Positions 29,075-39,114 of a stretch of DNA of 64,000 nt are shown here, piece after piece. Source of the stretch: Candidatus Babeliales bacterium (GTDB taxonomy: Bacteria > Babelota > Babeliae > Babelales > JBFXEV01); NCBI GenBank assembly GCA_050179755.1, contig JBFXEV010000001.1, positions 1,161,994 to 1,225,993 of the forward strand, written 5' to 3'. The translations under genes were made by a program, and so were the position numbers. How positions within the stretch are numbered: the first letter of the stretch is position 1; each line of letters starts with the position of its first letter. Under the pieces are notes generated by a model. It had not been told where the DNA came from, made no database searches, and saw only the letters and a program-made list of their open reading frames with translations.

Positions 29075-30523
29075 ATGCTACAAAAACAAAATATTTTTTT
29101 AATTTCTGGCCTTGTGCTTGCACTTGGCGCTTTTAGCCTTATCTATGTTTGGAATGTGCGTTGTAAATCATCGCGACGCTATACTATCTCAAAAGAAATG
29201 GCTCTAGAAGCTAAAGGCGTGGTGCCTGTATTGGTGCTTGGCTCTGGCCCTGCAGGATTAACTGCTGCTTTATATAGTGCACGTGCAAATATTAAAACGC
29301 TTGTGCTTGAAGGTAATAAGCCAGGTGGTGCTTTGATGGAAACCAGTTATATTGAAAATTGGCCAGGGGTTAAGCGTATATTGGGCTCGCAAGTTATTGG
29401 TCAGCTTAAGCAGCAAGCAGTATCTTTTGGAGCAGAGTTTTTGGTCGACTCTGCGACATCGATTGATATGAGCGTATGGCCTTTTATTGTGGCTACTGAA
29501 AATGGTATAACTATTCGCGCATTAACGATCATTGTGGCTACAGGTTCTACGCCAAAAAAATTAGGTATTCCCGGAGAAGCACAATATTGGGGCAAAGGCG
29601 TGACCACTTGTGCAGTATGTGATGCGCCGCTCCATAAAGGTAATGACGTAGTAGTAATTGGTGGTGGCGATTCAGCTATAGAAGAGTCATTGCAATTGGC
29701 GCCTTACGCAAAAACGGTAACCATATTAGTGCGTAAAGACGCAATGCGCGCGGCAGCTTCTATGCAGGATCGCATGAAAGAAGTAAAGAATATAAAAGTT
29801 GAATATAATGTAGAACTACAAGAAATTAAGGGTACTGATTCTGAAGTGACTGAGGTGGTAATTAAGAATAGTAAAACGGGAGAGGTTTCAATTAAAAAAG
29901 TCACCGGCGTATTCTTGGCTATTGGGCATGATCCTAATTCTCAGCTCTTTAAGGAAGAGGGCATGGTTGACAAAAATGGTTACTTGCAACTTGTTAAAAG
30001 GTCGCAAAAAACGCCAGTTGAGGGTATTTATGCTGCCGGCGACGTAGCGGACCCTGTCTATAAGCAGGCAGGATATTCTGCTGGTGCAGGTACGGCAGCT
30101 GCACTTGATGCCGCATCGTTCTTACAAGATTATGGTTTTAATGCAGCGGTATTTAAGCAAATGGAACCAAACTTTTTTGAGCCTTTCCTAGAAGAAAAAA
30201 TTGAAGTTCCTTTAATGACATCGCTTGCGCAATTAAAAAACGTATTAACTTTTTCTAAAACGCCTGTGTTTGTAGATTTTTTTGCTGAGTATTGCCCGAG
30301 CTGCATGCGCATGTTGCCCTCGGTAGCCTCTGTTGGCGCGCAATTTGAAGATAAAGCATTATTTGTAAAAGTTGATGTAGAGCAAGCAAAAGAAATTGCT
30401 GATGCCTATCATGTAGGCGCGATTCCTGTATTGCTCGTATTTAAAAATGGCCAGTTAGTGGCTCGTTATAACGAAGCAATGACGCGCAAGGAGCTTGTTG
30501 ATTTTGTAGAGCAATTTATTTAA
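29075..30523 (+). CDS. trxB: Thioredoxin reductase fused to a C-terminal thioredoxin, with N-terminal membrane anchor
   Basis: GSGPAG, CAVCD, GGGDSA, AAGDV; C-terminal VDFFAEYCPSC and GAIP. Confidence 0.92.
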   Translation: MLQKQNIFLISGLVLALGAFSLIYVWNVRCKSSRRYTISKEMALEAKGVVPVLVLGSGPAGLTAALYSARANIKTLVLEGNKPGGALMETSYIENWPGVKRILGSQVIGQLKQQAVSFGAEFLVDSATSIDMSVWPFIVATENGITIRALTIIVATGSTPKKLGIPGEAQYWGKGVTTCAVCDAPLHKGNDVVVIGGGDSAIEESLQLAPYAKTVTILVRKDAMRAAASMQDRMKEVKNIKVEYNVELQEIKGTDSEVTEVVIKNSKTGEVSIKKVTGVFLAIGHDPNSQLFKEEGMVDKNGYLQLVKRSQKTPVEGIYAAGDVADPVYKQAGYSAGAGTAAALDAASFLQDYGFNAAVFKQMEPNFFEPFLEEKIEVPLMTSLAQLKNVLTFSKTPVFVDFFAEYCPSCMRMLPSVASVGAQFEDKALFVKVDVEQAKEIADAYHVGAIPVLLVFKNGQLVARYNEAMTRKELVDFVEQFI

Positions 30524-30878
30524 CAATTTGTGCGTATTGCATGCGTGTGCTTTTAAATTTGTAGGCACCTTGCCCATAAAGCTTTAGCGTTGCGTGCTCA
30601 TCTTTTTGCAGGTCCACAGTAATATAATAATGTGGACCTATGATTTCTCTCCAATAGAATTCTTGTATTTTTTCGCCTGGCAATTTAAATGTTACCGCAT
30701 GGGAGTGAAATAGAGATTCATAGGGGAATAAAGCACAAGTATCTTTTCCTGGTCGGCAGAAAGCCTGCGGGTTGGTGAACCCACTCATTGCTCTGTCAGA
30801 CCTATTATATACCTTAAGTGAGGCAGGGAGCAAAGATCCCGCGCTCAGTAGGATGAGTGTTATTAATCGATAATGCAT
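30516..30878 (-). CDS. Small secreted hypothetical protein
   Basis: Signal peptide; RBS AAGGGA. Confidence 0.55.
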   Translation of the reverse strand: MHYRLITLILLSAGSLLPASLKVYNRSDRAMSGFTNPQAFCRPGKDTCALFPYESLFHSHAVTFKLPGEKIQEFYWREIIGPHYYITVDLQKDEHATLKLYGQGAYKFKSTRMQYAQIVK

Positions 30879-31064
30879 CGATTTTCCCTTCTTTTTATTA
30901 TATTACCCTTTTACTTTTCGATCTTATCAAAATACTGTTTTGAAGCAACAGGGTTGCAGAAAAATACAGAAGAAAATATTGCAAATAGAAATGATAATAT
31001 GTTATCCTAAAGGTAGAGAAAGTTATTATACACGCAGAAATACCTGCATTTTCAAGGGGGGAGC

Positions 31065-32174
31065 ATGGAACATTTCATGGATAAAAAATTTTTAGTTGGT
31101 CTTTTTGTAATATGTATGGTTAGTTTTTTAGTGTTTCGTACGGCACAGGAGCCAATGCAACATAAAAAAATAAGTGCAACAAAAGAAGAAGTTACTCCGG
31201 CAATTATTGCAAAAAGCCTTGAAAGTCAAACTTTGAAAGATATTTCAAAAGAGCAGAAGTACCTGAAAGGTGCGACAATAGAAGAAATTTCGTTTTATGC
31301 GCCAGATAGTCCTTGTTCTAATAAAATGTCTGAGCGTAAAGGGAAAATTATACGGCGTAAAGACGCGATGGCGACCGTGTTAGTGTGCCATGGCTATATG
31401 TGTGATAAGCATGATGTAGGAATTTTTAGAACTGTGTTTCCTAATTGCAATGTAATGACGTTTGACTTTCGAGCACATGGTGATAGTTCCGATAACTATC
31501 AATGCTGTACATTTGGACGTGATGAATCCTACGACGTAATTGCAGCAGTTGATTATATTAAAGCGGATAAACAATTATCGCAATTACCGAGGATAGTATA
31601 CGGGTTTTCGATGGGGGCAGTAGCATCGATCATAGCGCAGTCAAAGGACATGACATTGTTTGATGCAATGATTCTTGATTGCCCATACGATCGTAGCGAA
31701 AATATTTTGCGTAAAGCATTAGAAGATGTGCGTTTGCATTTGTTTGGTTATAGCTTTTCGCTGCCAGGCAAGGGGATTTTAGGCGATTACGCCTTTAATC
31801 CATATGTGCAATCGCTTTTGAAATCGCTGTTAAAGACTGTTGCAAAGTTAGATCCTACGGCAACTAATACGCGCATATATCCGGTTAATCCGGCAGACGC
31901 GATTAAGGATGTTTCTGTTCCTTGCTTTTTTATACACTGCAAGAACGATGAAAAGGTGCCAGTAGAATCCATTTGTAACGTGTATGATAACGCAAAGGGA
32001 TTCAAAAGACTTTGGGTGACTGATGGACGGCATCATTTTGATTCGTTCTTCTATAATCCAGAAGCGTATTGCTATAAAGTGAATAAATTTATAACAAAGG
32101 TAGTTGAAGGTAAAATTGTTGATAAACAACCCGTGAAGGTTACAGGTCTTACCGAAAGGAATAAGAAATGTTAA
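31065..32174 (+). CDS. Alpha/beta hydrolase with N-terminal anchor
   Basis: CHGY, FDFRAHG, GFSMG (Ser), DEKVP (Asp), GRHH (His). Confidence 0.9.
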   Translation: MEHFMDKKFLVGLFVICMVSFLVFRTAQEPMQHKKISATKEEVTPAIIAKSLESQTLKDISKEQKYLKGATIEEISFYAPDSPCSNKMSERKGKIIRRKDAMATVLVCHGYMCDKHDVGIFRTVFPNCNVMTFDFRAHGDSSDNYQCCTFGRDESYDVIAAVDYIKADKQLSQLPRIVYGFSMGAVASIIAQSKDMTLFDAMILDCPYDRSENILRKALEDVRLHLFGYSFSLPGKGILGDYAFNPYVQSLLKSLLKTVAKLDPTATNTRIYPVNPADAIKDVSVPCFFIHCKNDEKVPVESICNVYDNAKGFKRLWVTDGRHHFDSFFYNPEAYCYKVNKFITKVVEGKIVDKQPVKVTGLTERNKKC

Positions 32175-32210
32175 TAATCATGGTTGTAAAAGTAAAAAAG
32201 GAGAGTAGTC

Positions 32211-32921
32211 ATGAAACGTTTATTGATATTGATAGGAGCACTTATAATTAGTGCTCAAACAGGGGCCATAGTATATACCCCACAGAGTCAAAATGCTTTT
32301 AATAATTTGCTTGAGCAAAATCCATATGCAGTAGTGCATTTTATTAATTATGACAAAGTAGCTGATGATAAGCTTACAGAGCTTGCATTGAGTGAGATGA
32401 AAGATGCATTTGGAAAAGCGGCAATGGACCCGCAGTATTTGCGCGCCAATATTGCGTTTATTGGCATTAACTCACGAATTGTTCCTAATCTAATTTCTGA
32501 TATTGAAGCAAAGAATAGTCTTAAGAAAGGTGATAGCGCATCACATTTTTCAGATGTGTTTTTATATAACAATGGTTCTCCTGTAAAGGATAGCACTGGT
32601 TACTTGGCAACACTTACCGATGCTTTTGATCAATCAGATCTTGGTGTCTTCATACAACAATATTTAGGTGATTATATTTCATATAAAGTGCAACAAGCAC
32701 AAGCTTATCAAGTTTCACAGCCCACGACGGTAACAACTCGGTATGTTGAGCGACCTGTTTATACATATACTAGCAGACCATATTATGACTATGACGATGA
32801 TTATTACTATTATCGGCGTAGACCCCGATTGGGCATTGGCTTTGGCTGGGGTGGCGGCTGGGGCTGGGGAAGACGCGGTTGGGGTTGGGGCCCTGGTGTC
32901 GGCTTTGGCATAGGATTTTAA
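32211..32921 (+). CDS. Secreted protein with a possible thioredoxin-like N-domain and a Tyr/Gly/Trp-rich tail
   Basis: Signal peptide; tail YYDYDDDYYYYRRRPRLGIGFGWGGGWGWGRRGWGWGPGVGFGIGF. Confidence 0.75.
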   Translation: MKRLLILIGALIISAQTGAIVYTPQSQNAFNNLLEQNPYAVVHFINYDKVADDKLTELALSEMKDAFGKAAMDPQYLRANIAFIGINSRIVPNLISDIEAKNSLKKGDSASHFSDVFLYNNGSPVKDSTGYLATLTDAFDQSDLGVFIQQYLGDYISYKVQQAQAYQVSQPTTVTTRYVERPVYTYTSRPYYDYDDDYYYYRRRPRLGIGFGWGGGWGWGRRGWGWGPGVGFGIGF

Positions 32922-32940
32922 TTAATTTTAAGGAAATATC

Positions 32941-34353
32941 ATGAAGTTTCACGTTATAGCAAGAAGCTTATTAGCATTTACGATCGCGTTTGCGGCGATG
33001 AATGCACAGGCAATTCCGTATTTGGAAAGTGAGTCACAAGTTACAAATTTTGTACGTACGCATGGCAAATCGGCACTTTTGGTCATTGATAGAACAAAAG
33101 TAAGCGATCCAGAGCAATTTAGAAAGTTACGGCAAGATTTTGCAGTGGCTACTAATACTCCAGAGTATCAAAAAACAGGTGCTGCTTTTGCGGTAACTGA
33201 AACTTCAGCGCTTTCGCCTGATATGCTTTATGATCTTGATATGCAAGATGACCCTGCAACTATGGCTTTTTTTGAAAAAGGCCAATTGCTTACTGGTCAA
33301 GATCAAGAAGGTGACGAACCGCGCGAACCTTATCAATTTTCTCAAGAAGAAGTAGGGCAAGCAGTTGCTGCAGTGCCACAAACAACTTATACCGAACCAA
33401 TTTATACAGAATATACACAGCCTGTTGAAACTCAATATGTTGAAACACCTGTATATACCACAAATTATTATGATACAGATTATTATGATTCCGGCTATTA
33501 TCCCGGTTATTGGGGTTGGGGCACCGGATCGTGGTTCTGGCCATTGCTCGCAGGTTGGGGCTTTGGTTGGGGCGCTGGCTGGTGGTCAAATTGGGGTCGC
33601 CCATGGAATAGGCGCGATTGGGATCGCCCACGGCATCATGGAAGACCAGGTGGTCGACCAGGCCAAGGAAGGCCCGGAAGACCAGACGGTAGACCAGGTA
33701 GACCAGGAAGGCCAGACGGTAGACCAGGAAGGCCAGGTCAAGGCGGAAGGCCAGGAAGGCCAGATGGCAGACCAGGACAAGGCGGCAGACCGGGCCAAAG
33801 ACCAGGACAAGGTGGACGACCAGGGCAAGGTGGTGCTGGAACGCGGCCAGGGCAAGGTGTAAGACCAGGCCAGGGTGGCGCAGGAACTCGACCGGGAATA
33901 GGACAAATTGGAACTGCGGGCGCAGGAGCGGCGGCAGGTATTGCTGCTGCACGTCCAGGAGCAGGCACAAGACCAGCAGGATCTCGTCCTGCCGGCTCAC
34001 GACCAGCGGGAGCAGGTACTCGTCCAACAACACGACCAGCAACAGGCGCTCGCCCAGTAGGTGCTGCACCACGAGCTGGTGGCACATATGTAAATCGCTA
34101 TGGCGGCGGTGCGCGACCTGCAGCGGTAAGTAGGCCTTCAGGCGGCGGCTATCGTGGCTCTAGCATATCTCGTGGCGGCGGCGCTATGCGCTCAGGTGGC
34201 GCACGAATGGGCGGAATGCGCTCAGGCGGAATGCGTGGCGGCGGAATGCGAGGAGGCGGAATGCGAGGCGGCGGAATGCGAGGCGGCGGAATGCGAGGAG
34301 GCGGAATGCGAGGCGGCGGAATGCGAGGCGGCGGAGGCCGTGGACGCCGATAA
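32941..34353 (+). CDS. Secreted low-complexity protein with Tyr-rich, GW-rich, RPG-repeat and GGMRG-repeat regions
   Basis: Signal peptide ending AQA; RBS AAGGA. Confidence 0.8.
   Translation: MKFHVIARSLLAFTIAFAAMNAQAIPYLESESQVTNFVRTHGKSALLVIDRTKVSDPEQFRKLRQDFAVATNTPEYQKTGAAFAVTETSALSPDMLYDLDMQDDPATMAFFEKGQLLTGQDQEGDEPREPYQFSQEEVGQAVAAVPQTTYTEPIYTEYTQPVETQYVETPVYTTNYYDTDYYDSGYYPGYWGWGTGSWFWPLLAGWGFGWGAGWWSNWGRPWNRRDWDRPRHHGRPGGRPGQGRPGRPDGRPGRPGRPDGRPGRPGQGGRPGRPDGRPGQGGRPGQRPGQGGRPGQGGAGTRPGQGVRPGQGGAGTRPGIGQIGTAGAGAAAGIAAARPGAGTRPAGSRPAGSRPAGAGTRPTTRPATGARPVGAAPRAGGTYVNRYGGGARPAAVSRPSGGGYRGSSISRGGGAMRSGGARMGGMRSGGMRGGGMRGGGMRGGGMRGGGMRGGGMRGGGMRGGGGRGRR
34205..34335 (+). repeat. 15-bp coding tandem repeat (GGCGGAATGCGAGG[C/A])n encoding GGMRG
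   Basis: About 8 units visible, the first ones degenerate. Confidence 0.9.
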
Positions 34354-34383
34354 TTTAAGAATGTAAAAATGGGGGAGACATTC

Positions 34384-34695
34384 ATGAAGGTAATCAAAAC
34401 GGTGCTTATAGCCGTGCTGCTTTTCGGGGCATGCACGGGCCAAGCACGTAAAAAACACATGTGTGCGCAAGCAAAATCAGCTTGCGCACAAATTTCTGAT
34501 GATACACCAAAACGTTGTGCATTAAAGCCACGTACGCGGCGCAATAATTGTCCGCCACCGGAATATGGCTTAGACTGCGATTCGTGTTGCTATCAATCAT
34601 ATAGAACACCTGGGTATTTCCCCAATGCATTTAGGCCTTATTACGGTGATGGCTATTTTGGTAGACGACCGGGTAACTTTAACTTTGCTTGGTAA
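34384..34695 (+). CDS. Small secreted Cys/Tyr-rich protein
   Basis: RBS GGGGGAG; signal peptide; CDSCCY. Confidence 0.65.
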   Translation: MKVIKTVLIAVLLFGACTGQARKKHMCAQAKSACAQISDDTPKRCALKPRTRRNNCPPPEYGLDCDSCCYQSYRTPGYFPNAFRPYYGDGYFGRRPGNFNFAW

Positions 34696-34701
34696 GACGC
34701 T

Positions 34702-35013
34702 ATGAAGTTGCTAAAAATACTTATAGTTGTTGGCGTATGCATGTTGTATGGTTATTCAATGCAATGTATGTTTGCGCACAATGAAGACTTATGCATATCA
34801 GAATGTAGTTACGTATATGAGCCGCTAGCAGAGTATCAAGAAATAGGTGACTACTGTGATTTTGGGTATGAGTATCAGCCAGCTTATAGAACGCGCACCG
34901 GGCAGGTTTATTATCAGTTCCCGCATTATAATGGCGGCGGTGCTGATTTTGGCTGTGAATATGATACCTATAATTATGGTCGCGGCAGTGAATATTACCA
35001 AGATTGTTGGTAG
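34702..35013 (+). CDS. Small secreted Tyr/Cys/acidic protein
   Basis: Signal peptide; very high Tyr content; 6 bp after the previous gene. Confidence 0.65.
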   Translation: MKLLKILIVVGVCMLYGYSMQCMFAHNEDLCISECSYVYEPLAEYQEIGDYCDFGYEYQPAYRTRTGQVYYQFPHYNGGGADFGCEYDTYNYGRGSEYYQDCW

Positions 35014-35054
35014 AAAATAAGCCGTTCAACATTTTTTATGGTACGGTTTACTTT

Positions 35055-35588
35055 TTATTCATGAATTAATTGATGCAATTTTATTGCTGCGTTGAATTGT
35101 TTTTTGGTGAATTCACCAAAAAAAGCAACATCTGCTTTGCCAATAATGGTTACGCTTTGTTCTAGAATTTTTTTCCCTAATGGCGTAATGCTTGGGTGAA
35201 TGCACTTCCCCTCCCCGGTATGTTTACGTTTGATGAACTTCTTTTCCTCACGCGTGATAAACACTTGTGAACTGCCTTTCGCGTCTAGATCTGCAAGTCG
35301 ACTTACTTCCATTTGAGTAACTTTTTTTCCGTCTTTGGTTAAATAATCCAGTGTTGCAAGAAGAACAAATTGGGGATAAGTGATGTTTAATGGCTTTAAA
35401 GCCCTTTCCATGGCATAGCGCCATTGTTTGCCAAGATGCCAAATCGTTGCTCCAATAAAACTTTTTAGCTCTCCACAATTGGTAGGTACACTATGGCAAT
35501 CACTATAAGCCTGTTCATGAGCGTTCGTGCCATAACAGAACAATAAGCAGCAGAATAATAGCCATGTACACACAATTTGTTTTTTCAT
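35055..35588 (-). CDS. MarR-family winged-helix protein with signal-like N-terminal extension
   Basis: WRYAMERALKPLNITYPQFVLLATL, VTQMEVS, SITPLGK. Confidence 0.8.
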   Translation of the reverse strand: MKKQIVCTWLLFCCLLFCYGTNAHEQAYSDCHSVPTNCGELKSFIGATIWHLGKQWRYAMERALKPLNITYPQFVLLATLDYLTKDGKKVTQMEVSRLADLDAKGSSQVFITREEKKFIKRKHTGEGKCIHPSITPLGKKILEQSVTIIGKADVAFFGEFTKKQFNAAIKLHQLIHE

Positions 35589-35947
35589 AAATATCCTTAT
35601 TGGTTATTTTTATCAACTAAAACGAGCTTAATAAATACCCTCAGTAGTTGTAAAGAATTGGGGCAGGACTCATGACTGATTGCGGTCGTGAATAGACTAC
35701 CCACATTTACGCTTGCCAGTGAGCGGGAATTTGAATGCCTGAAAATATTTTTCAATTTGAAATATCGACTTGGCGAACACACTTTTCTGGTGTTGGTCAA
35801 AATAAGAGAGCAGTCCTTGGTTTGAATTTCAGATAGGATTATTATGGGATATTTATATAATATTAATAGACAACTTAGTATTATTGTAGTAGTATTTAAG
35901 TAATTGTTTTCATCCGATTTTAGTATTAACTTGGAAGGTTTATCATA

Positions 35948-36463
35948 ATGAAACAAATTGTTTACCTAGCAGCCTTCGTTACTTTTATTTTAGGTTCAGT
36001 AACGCAAACGGCTCCCATACTTACCACTCCAGAGAAAAATATAATAATCTCTTGGTGTAATGATGAATATTCTTACGCACCAGACGATGTTAAATTTCTT
36101 TTGAAAGCGTTGTATGAATTTGTAGATGAATCATTTGTGCTCATGGAGCGTGCAGTTGATAGCATGGTAGTAAATCCTAATCTTATTTATCAATATAATC
36201 TTGAATGTAACATGCAAATTCAAGAATTGGCCAATTCTATACACGCTCGCGTAGGCCATTTGGTTGGCAAAAAAGAGATTTACCGTTTTCTTAACAATAA
36301 CACGCAAAAGTTAATGTCAGTTCCTTTGGTGGAGAAAATGTACGAGTTAGCTGGGCAAATGACTGCCTGTGCAATATCTCAAGACGTTAATCAGTTGAAC
36401 GTTATACGTAACGATATTCGTCAATTGCATCAAGATCTTCAAGAAATTGGCGCGTTATTATAA
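35948..36463 (+). CDS. Secreted helical hypothetical protein
   Basis: Signal peptide; RBS GGAAGG. Confidence 0.65.
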   Translation: MKQIVYLAAFVTFILGSVTQTAPILTTPEKNIIISWCNDEYSYAPDDVKFLLKALYEFVDESFVLMERAVDSMVVNPNLIYQYNLECNMQIQELANSIHARVGHLVGKKEIYRFLNNNTQKLMSVPLVEKMYELAGQMTACAISQDVNQLNVIRNDIRQLHQDLQEIGALL

Positions 36464-36485
36464 TACTTTAATTTCACAATGTTTT

Positions 36486-36514
36486 ACGGGCAGAGAGCAA
36501 TCTCTGCCCGTTTT
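36486..36514 (+). terminator. Rho-independent terminator
   Basis: ACGGGCAGAGA...TCTCTGCCCGTTTT. Confidence 0.75.
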
Positions 36515-36619
36515 ATTTAAGCATTCTTTTGATCTTTAATTAATCCTCTTTCTGTTGTAGTACACTCTCGAAAAGCATATACTAATAGAGTTGTTTAAGA
36601 AAACAAGAAAAGGATTATT

Positions 36620-38146
36620 GTGCCAACTATTATCTGTAAAATTACCGATACACCAATTTTAGAAACCAAAGCGCTTGGTAAAGCATTTTTTGTTTCTAGC
36701 CCAGAAGCATTTCCTGAATCTACGCAAAAGTTATTCGGCGCGCATGCAAAGTCACTTATGCACTATGCAGCGCAACAAAACTTTACGGGGGAAATGGGCA
36801 CTTCACTCATACTGCCGGTGGTCAAAGATGATTCTATATCAACTATCATCATACTTGGTCTTGGTGCACGCCAAGGTAAAGACGGTAAAGATGGCATTTC
36901 GGTTGAAAATTATCGCCGAGCAATAGGCTCACTTATTCGTTTGAGTGAAAGCCTTAAGCTAGATACGCTTGCTATCACATTGCCAACAGAGCTTATCGAT
37001 AGTGTTTCAGCCCAATATTTGGCAGAACAAACTGCGCTTATTGCGCATATGGCCGTGTTTAAGCATGATGAATTTATAACAACCAAAAAACCACATGGTG
37101 GTTATACGTTAGAGATTTCTGTGCCAAAAGCTGAGCTTGAAAAAACAAAAGCTGCGGTAGAAAAAGGCACGTTGCTCGCTACCATGGTTAATCGTACACG
37201 TGATTGGATCGATACGCCTCCTTCTCGTTTAACGCCGCCTCATTTGGCAGATTATGCGTTAGAAATTGCTGAGCGTCACAAAATGCCAATAACAATTTTT
37301 GATGAACCAACCATTAATAAAATGGGCATGGGCGGCCTTGCAGGCGTTTCAGTGGGTTCTGAGCTTGATTGCCGTTTTGTAGCTATGGAATATTGGTATG
37401 ACAAAAAGGCGCCAACTATTGCATTTGTGGGCAAAGGCATAACGTTTGATTCTGGTGGGTTAAGCATAAAGCCTGCTGAAAGCATGGAAAACATGAAAGA
37501 TGATATGTCTGGTGCTGCGTGTGTTATCAACGCTATGGACGCTATCGCCACTCTTAAACCAAAAGTAAACGTTATTGGCATTGCACCACTTGCAGAAAAT
37601 TTACCAAGTGGCAACGCCGTAAAGCCGGGTGACGTGCTTAAGTTTTATAATGGTATGACAGCCGAAGTTAAAAATACTGATGCCGAAGGTCGTCTGATAT
37701 TGGCTGATGCACTTTCTTATGCAGTTAAGCATTACTCGCCTGATGCGATTATTGATATTGCAACATTGACTGGTGCATGCGCTTTTGCTCTTGGGCCATT
37801 TTATGCGGGAATAATGGGCAAGGACGAAGAATTGCTTGCGCGCGTAGAGAAAGCTTCAAAAACCACTGGTGAACGTGTTTGGCGTCTACCGTTTGATGAC
37901 GACTATAAGCCAGCGATTCGCTCTAATATTGCTGATTTAAGTAATATTGGTAGCAGGCGGTATAATGCGGGCGCAATTACTGCAGGATTCTTTTTGTATC
38001 CTTTTGTAAATAATACACCATGGGTACACATTGATATTGCAGGTCCTGCTTATGACGTGCCTGATATAAGTTATTTTAGGCCGCAAAGTGCAACGGGTGC
38101 AGGAGTGCGTTTACTTGTAGAGCTTGCGTGTACTTGGGTAAAATAA
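36620..38146 (+). CDS. pepA: Leucyl aminopeptidase (M17)
   Basis: VGKGITFDSGG, MKDDMSGAA, NTDAEGRL, DIATLTGA, HIDIAG. Confidence 0.96.
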   Translation: MPTIICKITDTPILETKALGKAFFVSSPEAFPESTQKLFGAHAKSLMHYAAQQNFTGEMGTSLILPVVKDDSISTIIILGLGARQGKDGKDGISVENYRRAIGSLIRLSESLKLDTLAITLPTELIDSVSAQYLAEQTALIAHMAVFKHDEFITTKKPHGGYTLEISVPKAELEKTKAAVEKGTLLATMVNRTRDWIDTPPSRLTPPHLADYALEIAERHKMPITIFDEPTINKMGMGGLAGVSVGSELDCRFVAMEYWYDKKAPTIAFVGKGITFDSGGLSIKPAESMENMKDDMSGAACVINAMDAIATLKPKVNVIGIAPLAENLPSGNAVKPGDVLKFYNGMTAEVKNTDAEGRLILADALSYAVKHYSPDAIIDIATLTGACAFALGPFYAGIMGKDEELLARVEKASKTTGERVWRLPFDDDYKPAIRSNIADLSNIGSRRYNAGAITAGFFLYPFVNNTPWVHIDIAGPAYDVPDISYFRPQSATGAGVRLLVELACTWVK

Positions 38147-38180
38147 ATCATTTGATATAGACAACTCTAGGAGTTTTATT

Positions 38181-38930
38181 ATGAATAACGTATCATTGTT
38201 TCGTTTGTCTTTGTTAGTTTTTAGTTTTGCAAGCATAGTAATTTTCAGCAATGCTGATGATGCTGCTAATAGCAGTAATTTTGGTGAAAAAGTAAAAGAA
38301 CAAGCAAAGCGTGGTGTTGAATGGACCAAGGAGCAATGCAGGGTTGCTTCAGAAGAAATTAAAAAAACTGCGGCTAATGGCACAGCAAAATGGCGAGCCT
38401 TCACGGATGAGGCTCGAGCGGTAGCAAATGATCGTTTGGGCACTAACTTTACGCGTAAGCGCGAAGAGAATAATCCAAAGCCAGGACGCGTGCAAATTGC
38501 GCAGCAATCACCGGCTGATATTGAACTTGCAGTTCCGTTTGAAATTAAAGAGGGTCAAAAGCCTACCGGCTCACAGCCTATTGTGCGTGGTGGTCGAGTT
38601 TTGTCTGAAGAAGTTGAAATTAGCGGCGAAAAAGTTAACATACTATCCACTGATTTGCCAAATGATGCTTCATGGTTTGCATGGTTAGAAACAGAAGAAG
38701 GCAAAAAGTTTGCCCTTGGTGCAATTGCGGTGGTTACCATTTGTGGTGTAACGTATCTTCTCTATAAGAATCGCGTGCCGCAACGTATATATGGTTATGT
38801 TGTTAAAAATCCAATTAGATCATTAGTCTCAACAGCATGTGTGCTTGGGGTTGTCGCTTATATTGCGCAGCAACGTGGCATAACAGTTAATTCAGTGAAA
38901 GATTGCTTCTGTTTGCCGTTCACAGCATAA
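38181..38930 (+). CDS. Hypothetical protein with signal peptide and two C-terminal TM segments
   Basis: RBS AGGAG; hydrophobic segments. Confidence 0.7.
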   Translation: MNNVSLFRLSLLVFSFASIVIFSNADDAANSSNFGEKVKEQAKRGVEWTKEQCRVASEEIKKTAANGTAKWRAFTDEARAVANDRLGTNFTRKREENNPKPGRVQIAQQSPADIELAVPFEIKEGQKPTGSQPIVRGGRVLSEEVEISGEKVNILSTDLPNDASWFAWLETEEGKKFALGAIAVVTICGVTYLLYKNRVPQRIYGYVVKNPIRSLVSTACVLGVVAYIAQQRGITVNSVKDCFCLPFTA

Positions 38931-38959
38931 TACTATAGATCAATTAAATAAATTGTTTT

Positions 38960-38994
38960 AAGCGCGGATGTCAAAAAGATGTCCGCGCTTTTTT
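38960..38994 (+). terminator. Rho-independent terminator
   Basis: AAGCGCGGATGTC...GATGTCCGCGCTTTTTT. Confidence 0.7.
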
Positions 38995-39114
38995 GTTGTC
39001 TTGCAATTAATGCACGCGTTAGGGTAGGGTGATAAATGATGGAAAAAAAAACAAGGAATGTGTATGTGGTGTATAGTAGTAGCATTGATGTGCTTTGCAG
39101 GAGAGGGTGCAGTA

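Noticed and set aside
33600..34340. GC-rich repeats as a possible CRISPR array or mobile element
   Set aside because: No unique spacers; units are codon multiples encoding RPG/GGMRG within an ORF; no cas genes
33290..34544. Long antisense ORFs with (PPPRI)n and (SHSAA)n
   Set aside because: Shadow frames of the low-complexity + strand gene
35597..35956. 119-aa minus-strand ORF
   Set aside because: No clear RBS or motif, overlaps the start of a divergent gene, and spans a probable regulatory or RNA region
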